From Candidatus Zixiibacteriota bacterium (lineage in GTDB: Bacteria > Zixibacteria > MSB-5A5 > RBG-16-43-9): a DNA stretch of 64,000 nucleotides. The stretch covers positions 9,249 through 73,248 of the forward strand of contig JALHSU010000194.1 of assembly GCA_022865345.1 (NCBI GenBank), written 5' to 3'. The notes beneath the pieces are model-generated. The model did not search any database and was not told where the DNA came from. It saw only the letters and a list, made by a program, of their open reading frames with translations. How positions within the stretch are numbered: position 1 is the stretch's first letter; the number at the start of each line of letters is the position of its first letter. Below are positions 1 through 8,608 of this stretch, piece by piece. A program made the position numbers and the translations under genes.

Positions 1-671
1 CCAACTATCACTGCTCTGGCTACTATCGAATGCCCGATGGAGAACTCGTCTATATGTTTTATCCTGGCTATCTCCACGATGTTTTTATAATTCAGCCCAT
101 GTCCGGCATTTATACCTAAACTCAGCCTATAAGCCAAGTCCACCATCCTCTCGATTTTTTCCAGTTCCTCAATCTTTTCGCCTAAGTTTTTCGCCTCAGA
201 ATATTTTGCCGTATTTATCTCCACAAAATCGGTTTTAAGTTTAGCCGCGGCTTTTATCGATTCTATCTCCGGATTAACAAAAAGGCTGAGCAGGATCTCG
301 TTTACCTGTAGTTTGGGAATAATCTGGGACAGCTTTTCGTAGTTATCCACTACGTTCAGTCCGCCTTCTGTGGTTATCTCTCCTTCCCTTTCAGGCACTA
401 AGGTCACCATATCCGGCTTTATCTCCAAAGCCTTTTCTAACATCTCCTGAGTTGCCGCCATCTCTAAGTTCAAACTCGTTTTTACTACCTCTCTGAGAAT
501 CTTCAAATCTCTGTCTTTGATATGCCGGCGATCCCCTCTCAGGTGAATCGTTATCCCATCTGCACCCGCGAATTCGGAAGCTATGGCTGCGGCAATCGGG
601 TCCGGCTCTGAAGATTTTCTTGCCTCCCTTAAAGTAGCCACGTGATCGATATTAATGCTTAATTTAGGCAT
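1..671 (-). CDS. pdxJ: pyridoxine 5'-phosphate synthase PdxJ (partial; C-terminus lies beyond the window start)
   Basis: Not in the ORF track because it runs off the window. Reverse complement of 642-671 reads ATG then MPKLSINIDHVATLREARKSSEPDP..., the PdxJ N-terminal signature (INIDHvATLRnaR). The frame stays open to position 1. Confidence 0.8.
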   Translation of the reverse strand, partial: MPKLSINIDHVATLREARKSSEPDPIAAAIASEFAGADGITIHLRGDRRHIKDRDLKILREVVKTSLNLEMAATQEMLEKALEIKPDMVTLVPEREGEITTEGGLNVVDNYEKLSQIIPKLQVNEILLSLFVNPEIESIKAAAKLKTDFVEINTAKYSEAKNLGEKIEELEKIERMVDLAYRLSLGINAGHGLNYKNIVEIARIKHIDEFSIGHSIVARAVIV

Positions 672-688
672 AACCTCTCCTTTTACTT

Positions 689-1246
689 TTATGGACCTTG
701 AATGGAATTATCCTGCCAGTAAACTATGCGCCAGAAACCATCCTCTGATCTTCTGAATTTGAATTTGGCAAACCCGGTTGCCTCTAAATGTTCATAATTA
801 TAATCCCCGTCGATATCTGTCAGGCTCAAATGGAAATTCGCCTGTCTTAATTTAAGCTCTTCGTGAGTCAGGGAATCATATTCCGAAGGAAGCGGAAAGA
901 CCTCCCAGGTCTCCAGGCGGATGTCGTCGAAAACCTTGAAAACACCCCTTGTTCTCTCCAGGTCATCACTTCGTTGAATCCGCTGCTCCTGCAGCTCTCC
1001 GGGGATGTCGCTCTGGTCAATGTAATAGAAAAGGAAATCCTGGTTCAGGCAGTTCTCGTAAGTGATTATATCCCGGTATTCATAAGCATATTTGAAATTT
1101 TTCATGACGCTGTCCGGATCGGTTTGCGAGGCAACCGGCGCCATAAATCCCGGACCTACTTCAGGAGGCGAAAACGGGTTATAACAGGATAAACCTGAAA
1201 CTAAGATTAAAATTATGTATAAGGCTTTTTTCATCATCCTTCTCAC
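689..1246 (-). CDS. hypothetical lipoprotein (signal peptide plus lipobox LSGLSC, then C-x-NPF)
   Basis: 185-aa ORF with an N-terminal hydrophobic segment ending in a cysteine lipobox. It is a paralog of the adjacent 200-aa ORF (shared block ...KNFKYAYEYRDIITYENCLNQDFLFY... versus ...QNLYNAYTEKIIDNYVMCFSDSFVF...). Confidence 0.6.
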   Translation of the reverse strand: MRRMMKKALYIILILVSGLSCYNPFSPPEVGPGFMAPVASQTDPDSVMKNFKYAYEYRDIITYENCLNQDFLFYYIDQSDIPGELQEQRIQRSDDLERTRGVFKVFDDIRLETWEVFPLPSEYDSLTHEELKLRQANFHLSLTDIDGDYNYEHLEATGFAKFKFRRSEDGFWRIVYWQDNSIQGP

Positions 1247-1845
1247 CTAAACTGGGATTTGAACTTTGCCCAGTCGGATTCTCCAGTCAGAAGCGGACGG
1301 TCAACCCAGGAGTAGATAATCCAGAAATCGTAGGCTGATTGCCGGAGATTGAAAGTCGAGCTCCCTTTAGCCACCCCGATAAGAGGTTCTGCCTTATCGT
1401 AATCATATAAGTAGATCAGGTAATCCCGGTAAAGGATTGCGCTGGTATCCCCTTTCACGTCCGGCTGGTCCGGATTTTTATCCAGGATAAGTACGTATCT
1501 TTTTGAGCTGGAGCTATACAGGTTAAATAGCCCGAAAGTGACGTTCCTTTCAACTGCCAGGTTCCAGTTCCAGAAACGCTCTGGCTGGTTTTGTCCAATC
1601 GCTTCTTGGGAATCCTCAGGCGCGGAGAAGACAAAGGAATCAGAAAAACACATAACGTAATTATCGATTATCTTTTCGGTATAAGCATTATAAAGGTTCT
1701 GGATAACCGTCTCCGGGGTAGTGGGAGGGTTCCAGGTTCCTCTGGGACCTGAAGGTGCGGCTGAGCTCCTGGTCTTAAAGGGATTCTTGCAGCCACAAAG
1801 GACCAGAGTCCCGATGAATATGACAAGGGCGATTTTCTTGACCAT
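1243..1845 (-). CDS. hypothetical lipoprotein, paralog of 689..1246 (lipobox LVLCGC, C-x-NPF)
   Basis: 200-aa ORF with a signal peptide and Cys lipobox. It overlaps the downstream paralog by 4 bp (ATGA), which suggests translational coupling within an operon. Confidence 0.6.
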   Translation of the reverse strand: MVKKIALVIFIGTLVLCGCKNPFKTRSSAAPSGPRGTWNPPTTPETVIQNLYNAYTEKIIDNYVMCFSDSFVFSAPEDSQEAIGQNQPERFWNWNLAVERNVTFGLFNLYSSSSKRYVLILDKNPDQPDVKGDTSAILYRDYLIYLYDYDKAEPLIGVAKGSSTFNLRQSAYDFWIIYSWVDRPLLTGESDWAKFKSQFR

Positions 1846-1848
1846 TTT

Positions 1849-3648
1849 TTACAGAGTCCTTCCCAGGGTTATAGTTATGAAATTGGACAAATCCTCTTTG
1901 CTTCTGCTTTCTTTCTGTGCCCGAACAGTCCAGACAAACCTGATGAAATTTGCCTGATCAGTTACATAATCTATGGAAAAGTTTAACAGATTTCTATAAA
2001 ATTTATAGGTGAAAACTTTTTTCTCCTTCCCAGTTGGCAGGTCCAGAAACAGGCTATAGTCCTTTCTGATCTCATAATTGTATCCAGAGGAGAAGATCAC
2101 GCTTTTGAAAAGTTTATGCCTGACCAAAAGTCCAAAACCCTGGGTTTTCCTTTCCCAGGAGGGTCTTCTCACCCATTCATCCTTCCACAAAAGCTGTCCA
2201 AAATCCTCAAACCGATAAAGGTAACTCAGCTCCCCTTCCAGATTTTCGCTGGCGGAGTAGTTCAAGCGGCTAAAAGTTGAAGCCCTTCTAAAAATCTTGT
2301 TCTGGTTACTCTCGGTCGCCTTCTGAAAATCATAGGAGATATAATTAGCCTGAATCTGGTATTCCTGATAAAACCTCACTTTCTGGCTTATCCTCCAGCT
2401 CAGGCCAGGCGAAAGATTATAGGTCTCGTTGTAATTGTTATTGGCTGATTTCTGGCTGGAAATATATATCTGGTGGAAGTTCTTGAAACCGGTTTTGACT
2501 TTCAAACTGAATGACCGGCTGAAGATGTGCAGGTATTCCACAGACAGTATTTTGGTAAGGACATCCCGGTCATTGAAAAAGGAACCTGGAGCGGTATAAA
2601 AGGAGGTCACGCCCATGGAAGCTGAAATAAAACCTGAGTCGGAATTGCTGAATCTTGCTGAAAACCTCCCTCCCAACTCCCCGCTTTTCATATCCTGATT
2701 TCTTTCGGATAATCCATAGTCTTCCTGCCCGGACATATATTTATAAAACCCTTCCAAGTTAGCCCTGCCGAAAAAAGTTCTGCTCAGGCTCAAAATGTAA
2801 TCTCTCGAGCTGAGGGAATTATCTCTGAGATAAAGAGGGTTGAACAGGGTATCCTCTTCAGAGACGTAGCGGTAAGTGTTCAGTTGAAAGTTATAACCGA
2901 ATTTGAGCAGGAAACCGGAGAATAAACCTCTGGATGTATCCAGTCTTAAGACTCTCTCGGTTTTTCTTTGAGTGCTCGTCTGAGAACCTTCACTGGAGAA
3001 AAAACTTTTTTTTGACCATCCTTCCTGGTACTCTAAGTTCATGGAATCTTTATCTGCTAAGTTTCTATTGAATCGAATTCTCAGGTTCCTCTCCTGACTG
3101 GGTATCCTTTCCAATTTTACCAGGCCTTGATTCAAATCCACAAAAAACTCGGCTTTTTCCCAGGAGAAGGGTCCCAGCCCCAGGGCAAGAGAATAGTTCA
3201 GTCCGGATTCTCCTCCTTTTGTCGCCTCTGATTTCCGGTTGATGGAGCTTATCCCCACATTCTGAGAAACTTTCAGCTTCTGCCAGAGATTGGTCTCGGC
3301 AGTTAAAAGATAATCCTGAGACGTGACCTTCCTTGATCCCACGGAACTTAATTTATGCTGAAGGAGGACGCCGGCTTTGAAGTCCCTTTTTAAAAGATAA
3401 TCGAATTTCACCCTCAAACCCCCATCCTCCTGCCAGCGGTCCTGGATTTCCTGTTTTATCAGAAGTGAATTCAAAGAAAACAAAAATTCCCAGTAGAAAT
3501 TCTTATCCTGATTGTAGATATATTCCAGCCGGTTGTTCCAGTTGTAAGTCTGGTTATTCCGGGAGAAATCCAGGTGCAGGTTCGAGGCATATGCGGGCTG
3601 AATCAGACAAATAATGAGGACGAGAAAACTTAAGTAAACCTTTTTCAT
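1849..3648 (-). CDS. hypothetical secreted protein, probably an outer-membrane beta-barrel
   Basis: 599 aa. N-terminal signal peptide MKKVYLSFLVLIICLIQPAYA. The sequence is rich in Y/S/N/R with alternating-hydrophobic beta-strand-like segments. It overlaps ksgA by 4 bp. Confidence 0.5.
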   Translation of the reverse strand: MKKVYLSFLVLIICLIQPAYASNLHLDFSRNNQTYNWNNRLEYIYNQDKNFYWEFLFSLNSLLIKQEIQDRWQEDGGLRVKFDYLLKRDFKAGVLLQHKLSSVGSRKVTSQDYLLTAETNLWQKLKVSQNVGISSINRKSEATKGGESGLNYSLALGLGPFSWEKAEFFVDLNQGLVKLERIPSQERNLRIRFNRNLADKDSMNLEYQEGWSKKSFFSSEGSQTSTQRKTERVLRLDTSRGLFSGFLLKFGYNFQLNTYRYVSEEDTLFNPLYLRDNSLSSRDYILSLSRTFFGRANLEGFYKYMSGQEDYGLSERNQDMKSGELGGRFSARFSNSDSGFISASMGVTSFYTAPGSFFNDRDVLTKILSVEYLHIFSRSFSLKVKTGFKNFHQIYISSQKSANNNYNETYNLSPGLSWRISQKVRFYQEYQIQANYISYDFQKATESNQNKIFRRASTFSRLNYSASENLEGELSYLYRFEDFGQLLWKDEWVRRPSWERKTQGFGLLVRHKLFKSVIFSSGYNYEIRKDYSLFLDLPTGKEKKVFTYKFYRNLLNFSIDYVTDQANFIRFVWTVRAQKESRSKEDLSNFITITLGRTL

Positions 3649-4478
3649 TTAATTGCTGAAATTATCTTAGCTAACTTCCCCAACTCTTTCAAGTTTAGAG
3701 TCTCACCCCTCTTTTGGGAATCTATTTCTGCATCCTTTAAGATAGTCTGAAGCTCGTCTTTATTCAAGTCCAAACTTTTACTCAAGCTATTCAAAAGGGT
3801 TTTCCTTCTCTGGGAGAAAACTGCTTTTACCAGATCGGTGAAGAAGGGAAACTCCACCTCCACTTTTGGTCTTAAAAGGAACCTGATTTTTATGACCGCC
3901 GAGTCAACTTTCGGAGGGGGAAAAAAGGAATTCGGTTTCAGGGTAAACAGAATTTCCGGATTGGAGAAAAGCTGAATCCCGATGGAAAGCGGGGACCAGT
4001 CAGGCGTGCCTGGTTTGGCACAGATACGTTTTGCCACCTCCTTCTGCACGGTCAAAATGGCTAAATCAATAAGTTCCCGGTTTCGAATAAGATACTCCAG
4101 AATCGGACTTGTTATCTGATAAGGGATATTCCCGATTACCTTTAATCTTCCTTCTTTTTGTGCAATCTTCTTAATGTCAAATTTTAAAATATCTTGATTT
4201 ATAATTTCAAAGTTTTCTTTGTCTTTGAATTTTTCTTTCAGATATAAGCAGAGGTTCCTATCCAGCTCCACTCCATAAACTCTCTTAGCCTTTTCTAAGA
4301 GAAAGTGGGTCAATGCGCCTTTACCGGGTCCAATCTCCAGGACTTTCTCATCTGGTTTTAACTCTAAGTAATCAACAATTCTTTTTGCGGCTTTGAGATT
4401 GACCAGAAAATTCTGGCTGAATCTTTTTCTGGGAAAGATTCTGGAGTCCTTTTGTCTGGGTAAAGAAGAGAATTTCAT
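3645..4478 (-). CDS. rsmA: 16S rRNA (adenine1518/1519-N6)-dimethyltransferase RsmA/KsgA
   Basis: FSQNFLVN...VLEIGPGKGALT...GNIPYQITSPIL motifs of the KsgA/Erm methyltransferase family. Ends with a TGA stop. Confidence 0.9.
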   Translation of the reverse strand: MKFSSLPRQKDSRIFPRKRFSQNFLVNLKAAKRIVDYLELKPDEKVLEIGPGKGALTHFLLEKAKRVYGVELDRNLCLYLKEKFKDKENFEIINQDILKFDIKKIAQKEGRLKVIGNIPYQITSPILEYLIRNRELIDLAILTVQKEVAKRICAKPGTPDWSPLSIGIQLFSNPEILFTLKPNSFFPPPKVDSAVIKIRFLLRPKVEVEFPFFTDLVKAVFSQRRKTLLNSLSKSLDLNKDELQTILKDAEIDSQKRGETLNLKELGKLAKIISAIK

Positions 4479-5236
4479 TCTAATCTGAAGAGTTTTTTTG
4501 TATTCTGAGTGAAAATCTCATCTATCTCTTTAAAAGTATGTGAGTCAGAAAGCTGGACGACTTTTTCTATGACCAGCCTGACCAATTTAGGCTCATTTCT
4601 TTTACCCCGCATTGGCTCAGGAGTTAAATAAGGGCAATCAGTCTCAGTTAAAATCGAGCTTAGGGGGATTTTCTTCACCAGCTCGGCTGACCTGGAATTT
4701 TTATAGGTCAAGGTGCCGTTAAAGGAAAGACAAAAACCAAGATTAAGAGCATCTTTAGCCTCATTCTCATCCCCTGAGAAACAATGAAGAACCCCTTTCA
4801 ACCCTGCGGCGTCAGCTCTGAGAATATCTAGAGCTTTTTTATAGGCATTTCTGATATGGACGACGATCGGGAGTTTTAATTTCCTGGCCAAATCTATCTG
4901 CTCCTTAAAAGCCTTTATCTGCACATTCTCAGGAGAAAGATTTCTGTAAAAATCCAGCCCGATTTCACCTATTGCCACAACTTTTGGATGAGAAGCTATT
5001 TTTTCCAACTCTTTGAAAGCCTCACCGGTCAATTTAGACGCATCATGCGGATGGAACCCCACAGTGGCATAAATATTTTTGTACTTTTCAGCTAACCTTA
5101 TCGACTTTTCAGACGATTCTAAATCCACCCCGATATTGACAATCGACTCTAATCCGGAGGAAAAAGCATCTTCAATAACCTTATCTCTATCCTTATCATA
5201 CTGCGAAAAATCCAAGTGAGCATGGGTATCGATCAT
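4475..5236 (-). CDS. tatD: TatD-family metal-dependent hydrolase/DNase
   Basis: MIDTHAHLDF...GEIGLDFYRN...HCFSG motifs typical of TatD. Confidence 0.85.
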   Translation of the reverse strand: MIDTHAHLDFSQYDKDRDKVIEDAFSSGLESIVNIGVDLESSEKSIRLAEKYKNIYATVGFHPHDASKLTGEAFKELEKIASHPKVVAIGEIGLDFYRNLSPENVQIKAFKEQIDLARKLKLPIVVHIRNAYKKALDILRADAAGLKGVLHCFSGDENEAKDALNLGFCLSFNGTLTYKNSRSAELVKKIPLSSILTETDCPYLTPEPMRGKRNEPKLVRLVIEKVVQLSDSHTFKEIDEIFTQNTKKLFRLE

Positions 5237-5319
5237 AATATTCCCTTACAATTAAAGAATCATCCTTCTCTTTAATAATAAGCCTCCTAAAATTGAATGT
5301 CAATTCCTTTTAGTTGACT

Positions 5320-5437
5320 TGTATCACCCTCAAACAAGTTTGAGGGTGATACCCTATACGGGGCTGGGAGCCCCGCCTACGAGAGAAGGGATCTCTTTTT
5401 CCTTTCGTAGGTCGGGCACCCTTGCCCGACTTTTTTG
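5320..5437. repeat. array of four GC-rich hairpins, ending in a hairpin plus T-run (gtcgggcacccttgcccgac tttttt)
   Basis: tcaccctcaaac/gtttgagggtga (12-bp stem), ggggct-ggg-agcccc, cctacga...tcgtagg and gtcgggca/tgcccgac, all within an AT-rich intergenic stretch. Confidence 0.6.
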
Positions 5438-5445
5438 GAAAAAAA

Positions 5446-5489
5446 TGGAAGGCTAAAAAGTCTCAAGACCTTGAGAACTTCCGCTACAT
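5446..5489. repeat. short repeat family G, copy 1 (atggaaggc...tccgctacat), carrying an inserted gtctcaagaccttgagac hairpin
   Basis: Shares aaaaatggaaggct...tccgctacat with 43480-43506 and 61323-61350. The tctcaagaccttgag hairpin recurs at 54853. Confidence 0.5.
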
Positions 5490-5526
5490 AATAACGATCT
5501 TAAACCTGCCTAACCCTGTCATCAAG

Positions 5527-5558
5527 ACAAAAAAAGAGATGTTCTGCAGAACATCTCT
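5527..5558 (-). terminator. rho-independent terminator of metG
   Basis: Perfect hairpin agagatgttctg/cagaacatctct followed on the minus strand by TTTTTTTG, about 25 nt after the metG stop. Confidence 0.7.
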
Positions 5559-5583
5559 TTTAAAATCTCGATTTACCTGGGTC

Positions 5584-7542
5584 TTAACTTATCTTCGCCC
5601 CGGGTTTAACCTCTTTATCCACTGTTAATATGGTCAGATTTTCCCCGTCCTGAGCGGCAAGGAGCATCCCTTTTGATTCTATCCCTTTTATGCGAGCAGG
5701 TTTTAAATTGGCAAGAAGGATAATCTTCTTTCCGACCAGCTCCTCTGGCTTATAATATTCCGCAATTCCGGCGACTATTTCTCGATTTTCGTCCTCGAAT
5801 TCAACTTCAAGCTTTAAAAGCTTTTTTGCCCCTTCGACTTTTTCTGCTCCTATGACTTGAGCCACCCTTATATCCATTTTAGCGAAATCCTCAATAGTTA
5901 TTTCCATCTTCTCTTCTTTTGCAATTGAAACTTCAGATTTTTCTTTTGAGACCTCAGCCGGTTTTGCCTCTTTAAACCGAGGAAACAAGGGAACGATCTC
6001 CCGGATTTTCGTTCCGGGTTTTAAATAACCCCAGTCTTTTTCTCTTTCTAAATTCGGGATTATCTCATTTTGTGCTAACCCTAAAATCTCTCTTAACTTC
6101 TGACATTTCTCCGGCAGAGCAGGATAGAAAAGAAGACTGATAATCCTCAAGGTTTCTGCTGAGGCATAAAGAACCGTTCCCAATCGGGTTTTATCCTTTT
6201 CCTTGGCTAAATTCCAGGGAGCGGTCTTGTCCACATAGCGGTTGGTGAAGCGGACTAACTTCAGGACCTCATCAAGAGCCTGGTTGAGATTCAGCTCCTC
6301 GATTGAGTCAAAAACCACCTCGACTGTCTTCAGGGCTGAATTTTGCAGCTCCTTTTCATCCACAGAGTAATCCGAAGGCTTTGGAATCTCTCCGCGAAAA
6401 TGCTCCTTGATCAGCTTCAAAACCCGGCTGGCTAAATTGCCAAAATCGTTTGCTAAATCAGAATTATATTTCTCCTCTAATCTTTTCTCCTGAATGTCTC
6501 CATCCTGTCCGAAGGGAAAATGAGTCAAAAGGAGATAGCGGGTAGCATCACTGCCATACCTTTCTATCAGATAATAAGGGTCGATCACGTTGCCTAGAGA
6601 CTTCCCCATTTTTTGACCATTCACCGTGAAAAAACCGTGGATGAAAAGTATGTCTGGTGTTTTTTCTCCGAGCGCAATCAGCATCGCAGGCCAGTAGATG
6701 TTGTGGAATTTCAAAATGTCTTTACCTAAAAGATGTATAACTTTCCCCTCGGTCCACCATTTCTTGAATTCATCAGGATTATCCCCGTAACCGATAGCTG
6801 AAATATAATTTGGCAGAGCATCCACCCAGACATAGGTCTTCTGAGTAGTGTCGAAGGGCAAAGTTATCCCCCAGGTAACCTTTTCTCTCGAAATCGAAAA
6901 ATCCTCTAACTCCTGCTTGAAAAGCCCCAGGGTCTCTTTTTTCTTCTCCTCTGGCAAAATCCTTATTTTATCTTCTGTGATTAGTTTTTCGACCTGTGAC
7001 AGGTATGAGGAGAGCCTGAAAAAGTAGTTTTTCTCAGTTACCTTTTGCGGAGGTTTCAGATGATTGGGGCAAAGTCCGTTTACTAAATCTTTTTCGGTGA
7101 TGAATTTCTCGCAGCCCACGCAGTATAATCCAGTATATTCTCCAGGGTAAACTATCTTTTGACCTTTTTCATCTTTTGCTTGGTAAAGTATGTCCAGAAG
7201 TTTTTCAACTGCCTGAACGTGCCTTTCATCAGTGGTCCGCACGAAATAATCGAAGGATATATTCAGCTTTTCCCAGACCTCCTTGAAGCGTTGGCTATTT
7301 CTATCGCAAAACTCCTGCGGAGAGATTCCCGCCTGCTCGGCTGCCTCTGCTACCTTGCTGCCGTGCTCATCTGTTCCGGTCAAAAAGAAGGTCTCGTCCC
7401 CTTTGATGCGATGAAATCTGGTAAGGATATCAACCGCAACAGTGGGATAGGCGTGTCCGATATGCGGTTTATCGTTCACATAATATATGGGAGTGGTAAT
7501 AAAATATCTTCCTTTTTTGATCTGAGGCTTTAAGCCAGCCAA
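5584..7542 (-). CDS. metG: methionine--tRNA ligase with C-terminal tRNA-binding (EMAP/Trbp111-like) domain
   Basis: HIGH-type motif (PHIGHAY), KMSKS-type motif (KMGKSLGN) and a Zn-knuckle CxxC...CPNH. The C-terminal domain is of the ...GAEKVEGAKKLLKLEVEF... type. Confidence 0.92.
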   Translation of the reverse strand: MAGLKPQIKKGRYFITTPIYYVNDKPHIGHAYPTVAVDILTRFHRIKGDETFFLTGTDEHGSKVAEAAEQAGISPQEFCDRNSQRFKEVWEKLNISFDYFVRTTDERHVQAVEKLLDILYQAKDEKGQKIVYPGEYTGLYCVGCEKFITEKDLVNGLCPNHLKPPQKVTEKNYFFRLSSYLSQVEKLITEDKIRILPEEKKKETLGLFKQELEDFSISREKVTWGITLPFDTTQKTYVWVDALPNYISAIGYGDNPDEFKKWWTEGKVIHLLGKDILKFHNIYWPAMLIALGEKTPDILFIHGFFTVNGQKMGKSLGNVIDPYYLIERYGSDATRYLLLTHFPFGQDGDIQEKRLEEKYNSDLANDFGNLASRVLKLIKEHFRGEIPKPSDYSVDEKELQNSALKTVEVVFDSIEELNLNQALDEVLKLVRFTNRYVDKTAPWNLAKEKDKTRLGTVLYASAETLRIISLLFYPALPEKCQKLREILGLAQNEIIPNLEREKDWGYLKPGTKIREIVPLFPRFKEAKPAEVSKEKSEVSIAKEEKMEITIEDFAKMDIRVAQVIGAEKVEGAKKLLKLEVEFEDENREIVAGIAEYYKPEELVGKKIILLANLKPARIKGIESKGMLLAAQDGENLTILTVDKEVKPGAKIS

Positions 7543-7581
7543 AATCTCCTCCTTTTTCTTATCTGCTATATTGTTATTTTT

Positions 7582-7737
7582 AACTTAGACCTGACTGAAA
7601 TCGGTTTTGTTCATAGCCACTTCAGTGGCGTACCTCTGGTAACTTAGACCCGACTAAAGTCGGTAAGAACAAGCTGGAACAAAATAGAAACCGTTCTGGT
7701 TCGGATATTCATAGCCACTTTAGTGGCGTAACTCTGT
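7582..7737. repeat. two imperfect tandem direct repeats (aacttagacc[c/t]gact..aa.tcggt ... catagccactt[c/t]agtggcgta), each with two hairpins
   Basis: Unit 1 at 7582-7640 and unit 2 at 7641-7737, the second carrying a 45-bp insertion. It lies between the metG start and the ricT stop. Confidence 0.6.
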
Positions 7738-8589
7738 CTACATATTGTCGGACCGGACCGGCACCCGTTTTGCTTTCCTTAATCTTTTCTTAATCTCCAC
7801 CAGCCCGACTTTTTCCTCCTCTCCTTCCTCATGTTTAACCACAATATATTCCTTAAAGAGGTTTATCTTCTCCACCACTCCTTCCCCTTTCTCGGTCTGG
7901 TATTTTGAGCCGATCTTAGGGTAAAGCTCCAGCCCTCTCTCGTAGGTCTCCTTTTCATAAAGCAGACAGCATAAAAGCCTTCCGCAATTCCCTGAGATCT
8001 TGGAAGGATTTAAAGACAGGTTCTGTTCCTTGGCTATCTGGGTGGTGATGGGTGAGAATTCCCGTATAAAGGTAGTACAGCAGAGCTGTAACCCGCAGCA
8101 CCCGTGCCCGCCTAATCTCCTGGCTTCATCCCTGACCCCGATCTGGCGCAGCTCTATCCTGGTCCGGTAGATCGAGGCTAATTCTTTTACCAACTCACGG
8201 AAATCGACCCTCTTCTCCGCGGTGAAGAAAAAAGTCAGCTTGCTCCCGTCAAACTGGTATTCCACGTCCACCAACTTCATCTCCAAATTCCGCTCGTGAA
8301 TCAATCTCTGGCACTCCTCCAGAGCTTTGACCCCTCTTTCCTCGTTCTCCTTCATCCTCTGCAAGTCTTCTGGAGTGGAAAATCTCAGGATATTTAGAGG
8401 TTTCTCTATCAGTTTAGAAGGATCCTCGACCTGGAGCTTTTTTGTCACTCTTCCTAAATCTTCTCCTCTTTCAGCCTGAACTATGACTTTATCCCCGGGT
8501 TTTATCTGAAGACCCTCAGGATTTAAAAAATATTGTTTTCTTGAACCCTTGAATTCCACCAGATATATCTCCATTTTAAGCTCCTCCAA
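7738..8589 (-). CDS. ricT: PSP1 C-terminal domain protein (RicT/YaaT-like)
   Basis: Conserved PSP1 block ...GGHGCCGLQLCCTTF... Sits in the classic position downstream of holB. Confidence 0.75.
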   Translation of the reverse strand: MEELKMEIYLVEFKGSRKQYFLNPEGLQIKPGDKVIVQAERGEDLGRVTKKLQVEDPSKLIEKPLNILRFSTPEDLQRMKENEERGVKALEECQRLIHERNLEMKLVDVEYQFDGSKLTFFFTAEKRVDFRELVKELASIYRTRIELRQIGVRDEARRLGGHGCCGLQLCCTTFIREFSPITTQIAKEQNLSLNPSKISGNCGRLLCCLLYEKETYERGLELYPKIGSKYQTEKGEGVVEKINLFKEYIVVKHEEGEEEKVGLVEIKKRLRKAKRVPVRSDNM

Positions 8590-8608
8590 TCACACCTCTT
8601 TTTTAATA

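Noticed and set aside
863-1192. Plus-strand ORFs embedded antisense in minus-strand genes (for example 863..1192, 7159..7533, 12120..12467, 15245..16353 and many others in the track)
   Set aside because: They lie entirely within well-supported minus-strand genes (metG, ftsE, rho and others). They lack start context and show the low-complexity composition typical of antisense frames.
5411-5437. Plus-strand terminator gtcgggcacccttgcccgac-TTTTTT as the terminator of a plus-strand gene
   Set aside because: No plus-strand gene lies upstream. It is more likely the last hairpin of the GC-rich hairpin cluster, or a bidirectional element serving the convergent minus-strand transcripts.
7582-7737. 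Possible CRISPR array (regularly spaced direct repeats)
   Set aside because: There are only two imperfect units of different length and no spacer-repeat periodicity. The other repeat clusters (63076-63491, 5320-5437) consist of non-identical hairpins. No cas genes are present.
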